IMG/VR virus record: IMGVR_UViG_3300012940_000021
Span: 63,912-127,911 of that record
DNA from: a virus
Taxonomy: Duplodnaviria; Heunggongvirae; Uroviricota; Caudoviricetes
Strand: one strand, 5' to 3'
Length of the DNA stretch: 64,000 nucleotides
Within the stretch, counting starts at the first letter, position 1, and each line of letters opens with the position of its first letter. Under the pieces are notes generated by a model that saw nothing but the letters and a program-made list of their open reading frames with translations, was not told the DNA's origin and searched no databases. Position numbers and translations under genes: made by a program. This document shows positions 59,408-64,000 of this stretch, piece by piece.

Positions 59408-61794
59408 GCTACAGGACGCCCTCGTAGGCGTAGCGGTGGATCTCGACCACGGGGAACGCCCCCTCGCGCTCGGGTCCGGCCTCCCGCCAGTGGACGACAT
59501 CGACGCGGCCCAGCCCTCTGCCGTCGTACAGGACCCATGTGCCGTCCGGTAGGCGTAGGTCGGCCATCGTGCTCCCGTCGTGGCGCACACGGCGCGTGGT
59601 GCCCGCTCTGGGGCCGTTCACGGGGGCCAGGACGGTCATAGCGACTTCACCAGGCAGTCGGGGCACGTCACGTCCTCCTCCTTGGTCGAAGCGCTGATCT
59701 TCGCCCTCTCCCCGTCGTCCGAGTGGAACCGGATGCCGCATGCGGTCGTCCACGGGGTCTGCTGCACGTCCCACAGGTGGACCGGCAGGTAGGTGAACTG
59801 GCTCTGTCGCACCGCTCTGTCGCACCGCTCGGTCAGTGGCTCGCTCCAGCTCGTCGGCGGCGAGTCCCAGGGCGGCTGCGAATCCGGCCTTGAACGCCTC
59901 GGCCTCTCTCGTTCCCATGCCGGGCCGGTAGAACCGCTGCCAGGCTCTCCCGACGGGCGTCAGGGGATCGTTGACCGGCTCCACGTGAACGGGGTCCGGG
60001 CCAGGGGTGCCGTTGCACTGCACGTCGGGGTAGGGGCCTTCGTTGAACACGACGGTGTGCAGGTGGGGCGCGTGCGGCTCTTGGCGTCCACAGTGGCTCC
60101 AGGTCCCTACGTCGCCCTCTGTCGGCTTCGGGGGCGGCGGGGTGTAGTCCTCCCGGAACATGGCGAACGGGTCGCGCTCGGTCACAGGTCCAGCCCTTCG
60201 GTCGGGTCGATGCGGCGTCGGAACCGCTTGCCGAACGATGCGCAGTCGGCCACCACGGTCTGGGTGCGTGCGGTCTCCGGTTCCGTCCGGTAGGTGACCT
60301 CGTGGACGCGCTCCCCGAACCGGTAGGTGCGCCACTCGACGCCCAGAATCTTCACGGCGCGCCCCTGGGAACCGCGCTGCTCCCAGATGTCGCCCGCCAC
60401 GGGGTGCGGCTTCGTGGGGTCGTGGACGGCCCGTGTCATCTCGTGAACTCCTCGACCGTGAGGTTGACGCGCTCCCCGGTCTCGTAGCTCCAGTCCACCA
60501 GCCCTCCGCCTCGGATGCGGACCTTCGTCACGCCCTTGGACGTGTGCGTCACCATGGTGATGCGCGCCCATCCCCACTCGTAGCGGTAGGCGGGATCGTC
60601 AGCCTCTGGCAGGTCCGTGGGCCACTGCTCGCGGGGGAGGTAGCGGATGCGCGCCCAGATCCCCTTGCCGATGTCCTGCGCGGTGAGGTCGCCTGCGCGC
60701 TTCCAGACGCTCTGCGCGGTCACTGCTCGATCACCTTCTCCACGGGAGTCCACGGTCCGGCGACCCGCGTGAGCAACTGCGCCTCCGGCCTGCCCGCCTT
60801 CATCGTTTCGGCCAGCAGGGGGTTCGTCGTGACGTAGGTGAGACCTGGCTGCGGGGAATCGAAGCCCCACTCCTGGGTCTGTGGCGCACGGGGCGCGAAG
60901 TCCTCCTCCAGTCCGATCTGAGCGGCGTCCGCGACCGCCTGCCGAATCTTGTCGCCTGCGAGGTCGTATGCCTCCATGACCTGCCGGGCGATCTGGTCGG
61001 CGCGCTCTTCAGCGGTCATCACATCTCCTTCAGGATGAGGTAGCTCTTCACGGGGCCGATGCGCCCGTGGGTCTTGCACTCCACGGGGTCGTTCGGATGC
61101 GCGGCCTTCCAGTCCCGGATCTGCGCCGCGTGCTCGTCGCACAGGTACATGAGCTGCCCGGTCGTCGCCTCGCACTCGGGGCCGTAGACGTACCCTGCGG
61201 GCCGTCGGCACCCCTTGGCCTCGCACGTGACGTTCTGGGGCTTGCCCAGTAGGAACCCGTCGCTCACCGGACTACCAGCCGCTCTGCGAGGGCCGCGTAG
61301 ACGGGGGCCTTCGTCCGCACGTCGGCATCCGCTGCCAGGTGCGCTGCGTAGCCGGACACGGTGGCGCGCTCGTCGTGCGCCTCGGGGAGGACCTGCGCCC
61401 CGCTCTCTTCGTAGACGGCGCTCATCGTGCTTCCGCCTCTCGGATGACGTACTCGACGGCGGGGCCGATGCACTCGGGCGAGCACGCATAGACGGCGGGG
61501 ATCGGGCCTCCTCCGCCTTCGTGGTGGTAGGTCCCCCTTCCCAGGTAGTACCCCAGGGCCGGTTCGTAGCGGCTCGTCACCCTCGGCGGCGTCCTGCACG
61601 CGGGGTTGTCGCACTCCATGACCTCGGCGCGGCGCTTGCCCATCAGTCGGCCTCCTCTCGGATGTGCGCCTTCAGGTCTTCCGTGGCCTCGTCGGCGGTG
61701 TCTCCCCAGATGCGCTCTCCGCAGTAGCAGTCCGCGTAGAACTGATCCCGGTTGGCGTCCCAGGTGGGCCGCGATGCGAGGGGGCGATGGTCGG

Positions 61795-62031
61795 TCACGT
61801 GCGATCCCCTCGGCTCTGCGCGAGGGTGGCGTGGATCTGCGCCCGCATGAGGGCGGCATCCTGCGCCTCCCGCTCACGGTGGAGCTGAATCATGATCTCG
61901 TCGGCGCTCCGGGTGAACCCCTGCGCGAGGGCGTGCTTGCGCGCCTCGTCCAGCTCTGCGATCCGCTGCGTGTGGAGGTCGGCCTGCGTCAGCAGCTCCT
62001 CGGCCTTGGCGTAGTGCTCTGCGGGGGACAT
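61795..62031 (-). CDS. hypothetical protein (78 aa)
   Basis: ORF downstream of motif + inverted repeat. Confidence 0.4.
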   Translation of the reverse strand: MSPAEHYAKAEELLTQADLHTQRIAELDEARKHALAQGFTRSADEIMIQLHREREAQDAALMRAQIHATLAQSRGDRT

Positions 62032-62073
62032 GTAAGCGGTAATCCTTTTTCGAGAAACGTCGTTACCGCTTAC
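62032..62073. repeat. 11-bp inverted repeat GTAAGCGGTAA ... TTACCGCTTAC separated by 20 nt; GTAAGCGGTAAT also present at ~30680
   Basis: seen in sequence. Confidence 0.5.
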
Positions 62074-62083
62074 GGGAGCGGCC

Positions 62084-62100
62084 TTCGTGAGTGATACGGC
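62084..62100 (-). promoter_or_regulatory. right-arm motif variant (GCCGTATCACTCACGAAGG)
   Basis: seen in sequence. Confidence 0.45.
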
Positions 62101-62145
62101 GATCCGGGGCTACCGGCAAGTCATATCACTCGGGCCGGGGGCGAG

Positions 62146-62799
62146 TCACTCCCACAGGTGCGCGTTCGCATGCGCCTGCAACCAGGCGTAGGGGTCCACA
62201 GGGACGCCCCCCAGGTGAACCTCGAAGTGCAAGTGGTTGCCCGTGCTGATCCCGGTGCTGCCCACCAGTCCCAGGACGGTGCCGCGCTCGACGTGCTGCC
62301 CCGGCTCGACCCGGATGCTGCCGTACTGCATGTGCCCGTAGACGGTGGTGACGCTCTGCCCGTCCAGGATGTGCTCCACGGTGACCGCCTGCCCCAGTCC
62401 TCCATTCGGGCCTGCCTGCGTGACGGTGCCGTCCGCGATGACCTCCACGTCCGTTCCGCCTCCAGGCGTGAGGTCCACGCCCTTGTGGTCGCTGCTCGCG
62501 CCTGCGGTAGGCGACACGCGCCACCCGAACCCGTCCGAGTAGTCGTAGGGCGTGGGTCCCGTCGTAGGCCACTGGATGACCGACACCATGGTGACGCCCC
62601 AGTCGTCGCGCTGCGGCTCGGGAACTACTACGTCGGCGGCGACCTCGAAGTGCTGTGCGGGCTGAGGCGCGTCATCCTGCGCCCCCATGATGACCTCTGC
62701 CGCTGCGGGGCCGGTTGGGAGGGCGACGGCGGTCCAGGCGAGCAGTCCAGACACCAGGGTCAGCACTCCGGGGAGCGCTCGAAGCTTCATGGCGGACAT
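62146..62799 (-). CDS. secreted M23 (LytM-type) metallopeptidase (217 aa)
   Basis: signal peptide MSAMKLRALPGVLTLVSGLLAWTAVA; HKGVDL...GNHLHFEV zinc-binding motifs. Confidence 0.75.
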   Translation of the reverse strand: MSAMKLRALPGVLTLVSGLLAWTAVALPTGPAAAEVIMGAQDDAPQPAQHFEVAADVVVPEPQRDDWGVTMVSVIQWPTTGPTPYDYSDGFGWRVSPTAGASSDHKGVDLTPGGGTDVEVIADGTVTQAGPNGGLGQAVTVEHILDGQSVTTVYGHMQYGSIRVEPGQHVERGTVLGLVGSTGISTGNHLHFEVHLGGVPVDPYAWLQAHANAHLWE

Positions 62800-62946
62800 G
62801 GGTCGAAATCTTCCTTCGGGTCGGGTCACGGTGCCCCTCGGCGGGGTCTCTTCCCTCCCAGTGGGCGCTTCGTTTCTCGATCTGAGGCGGTGCTACCTCG
62901 GCGTGTCGTGGGATCGACCCCCCGCATGGGGGGCAAATCCGAGTGG

Positions 62947-63918
62947 TCAGGGGGTCGTGGCGGATCTCGTCCAGGCGAGCATGGCTGCGGTGCGCTCGTA
63001 CAGGTCGTCCAGGGTGCCGGTGTTCTCGATCACGTAGTCGAAGTCGTCGGCCTTCAGGGTGACCTCTGAGGCGTGCTGCGCCACGTTGTGCGCCGCGAGC
63101 GCTTCATCCATGGCTGCAAGGGTCTTCGCCAGCCTCGGCGGCGTCTGAGGGGCCTCGGAGGGCCGCTCGATCCACACCAGGCGTCCGCCCAGTGCTCGAA
63201 CCATGTCGGCCTCGTTCTGGAAGCGGATGCCGGTGATGACGACGGGCTGACCTTCGGCCCACAGGGCCTCGATCCGTCGGCGGGCTGCCGTCGTCCAGGT
63301 GTCTTCGCCCAGCAGCTCGCGCCCGACCTCGGTGCCCAGGGCCTGCAACAGGCGTCGGACCTCTGGAATCCGCTTCGCCTCGGTGTACCCGATGGCGTCC
63401 GCGATCACTCGGTAGCGCTCGTAGCGGCTGCTCGTGCCCCATCCGACCTCGGCGGCGAGCGCTGCGCCTCCCTCGAAGTAGCAGTCGATGATCGGATTGA
63501 GCCGGTACAGGGCCTCTGCGAGGGTCTCGGCCATGAACGTCTTGGCGTACCCGTGCTTCTCGACCAGGCGATCCGCGACGGCATCCTTCCCGGCTCGAAG
63601 CCTCCCGCCGATGCCGATGAGGCGTAGGGACTGGATGGACACGGGCCTCGGCGCGTAGGGCTGCGGGGTCGGCGTGGCTCCAGGCGGGGGGAAGTACTCG
63701 TCGGGCAACTCTCCCGCCGCCAGGGTGTCGCTGAGGGCCTCTGAGCGCTGGATGCCGACGCCCATGTCGTTCAACGCGCTCTGGAGGGCCTGCGCCCGGC
63801 CTACGGCCTCCCGTAGGGCGCTGAGGTCCGGCTCCGGGGCCTCTGGCTCGCGCAGCTCGGGGGGAACCCGCCTCCGGCGCTCCTCGGCCTGCTCTGGAGT
63901 CTCGTCAACGTCCGGCAT
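62947..63918 (-). CDS. deoxynucleoside monophosphate kinase-like P-loop protein (323 aa; N-terminal ~100 aa low complexity)
   Basis: IGIGGRLRAGKDAVADRL P-loop resembling phage dNMP kinase GxxRSGKD. Confidence 0.55.
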   Translation of the reverse strand: MPDVDETPEQAEERRRRVPPELREPEAPEPDLSALREAVGRAQALQSALNDMGVGIQRSEALSDTLAAGELPDEYFPPPGATPTPQPYAPRPVSIQSLRLIGIGGRLRAGKDAVADRLVEKHGYAKTFMAETLAEALYRLNPIIDCYFEGGAALAAEVGWGTSSRYERYRVIADAIGYTEAKRIPEVRRLLQALGTEVGRELLGEDTWTTAARRRIEALWAEGQPVVITGIRFQNEADMVRALGGRLVWIERPSEAPQTPPRLAKTLAAMDEALAAHNVAQHASEVTLKADDFDYVIENTGTLDDLYERTAAMLAWTRSATTP

Positions 63919-63934
63919 GGTGCCCTTCCTGCTC

Positions 63935-63966
<32 letters not shown>

Positions 63967-64000
63967 GCAGCACAGAACGGGCCGCCCGTGCGGAGCAGCC

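Noticed and set aside
57500-62100. Many overlapping 60-190-aa ORFs in all frames in the GC-richest segment
   Set aside because: Mostly Arg/Pro/Ala-rich shadow frames. Only ORFs with SD-like context, coupling overlaps and balanced composition were kept, and at low confidence.

Overview
High-GC actinobacteriophage-like genome segment. Almost every gene is on the minus strand, transcribed right to left.

Left arm (1-26.2 kb, virion and packaging module, in transcription order):
- putative terminase small subunit and a 256-aa protein
- terminase large subunit, portal, a 120-aa protein, MuF-like head morphogenesis protein, a 73-aa protein
- a giant ~3,480-3,540-aa ORF (9645-20273)
- two small proteins, then an amidase endolysin with tandem peptidoglycan-binding repeats
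- protease/scaffold with a possible nested in-frame scaffold start, head-decoration-like protein, major capsid protein
- five head-tail-region proteins, a GT4 glycosyltransferase, a putative major tail protein
- the 5' end of the next gene at the window edge; tape measure and distal tail genes are not in the window.

Right arm (26.2-64 kb, DNA metabolism and early genes):
- nucleotide-sugar epimerase plus two glycosyltransferases
- clamp loader, and a sliding clamp interrupted by one in-frame TAG
- Dam-like methyltransferase, Cas4-like nuclease, 5'-deoxynucleotidase, HNH endonuclease
- 2H phosphoesterase, ParB-like nuclease, Mre11/SbcD-like nuclease
- a Rad50/SbcC C-terminal-only fragment, a LigA domain-Ia-like protein
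- TetR regulator, two metallophosphoesterases, M23 peptidase, dNMP kinase
- many small hypothetical proteins.

Plus-strand island (31.4-35.9 kb): SPFH/band-7 protein, lipoprotein, DarT/ART-like small protein and a sortase-anchored (LAXTG-type) surface protein, with sigma70-like promoters and terminator hairpins.

Two families of highly conserved ~18-20-bp motifs sit immediately upstream of start codons. On the gene strand they read GAGGCCGATATCACATAG in the left arm (6 copies) and GGCGTATCAC(N) in the right arm (at least 9 copies). A third repeated element, TTGCAATTGTCA, overlaps -35-like hexamers at five sites.

No tRNA, CRISPR array, integrase or transposase was recognised.

The most notable candidate is the giant multidomain ORF next to MuF. 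It carries two kinase-like catalytic-loop motifs and shares an N-terminal ~30-aa motif with the small protein encoded between portal and MuF, consistent with a virion-packaged, host-injected 'polyvalent' protein with a capsid-targeting signal.
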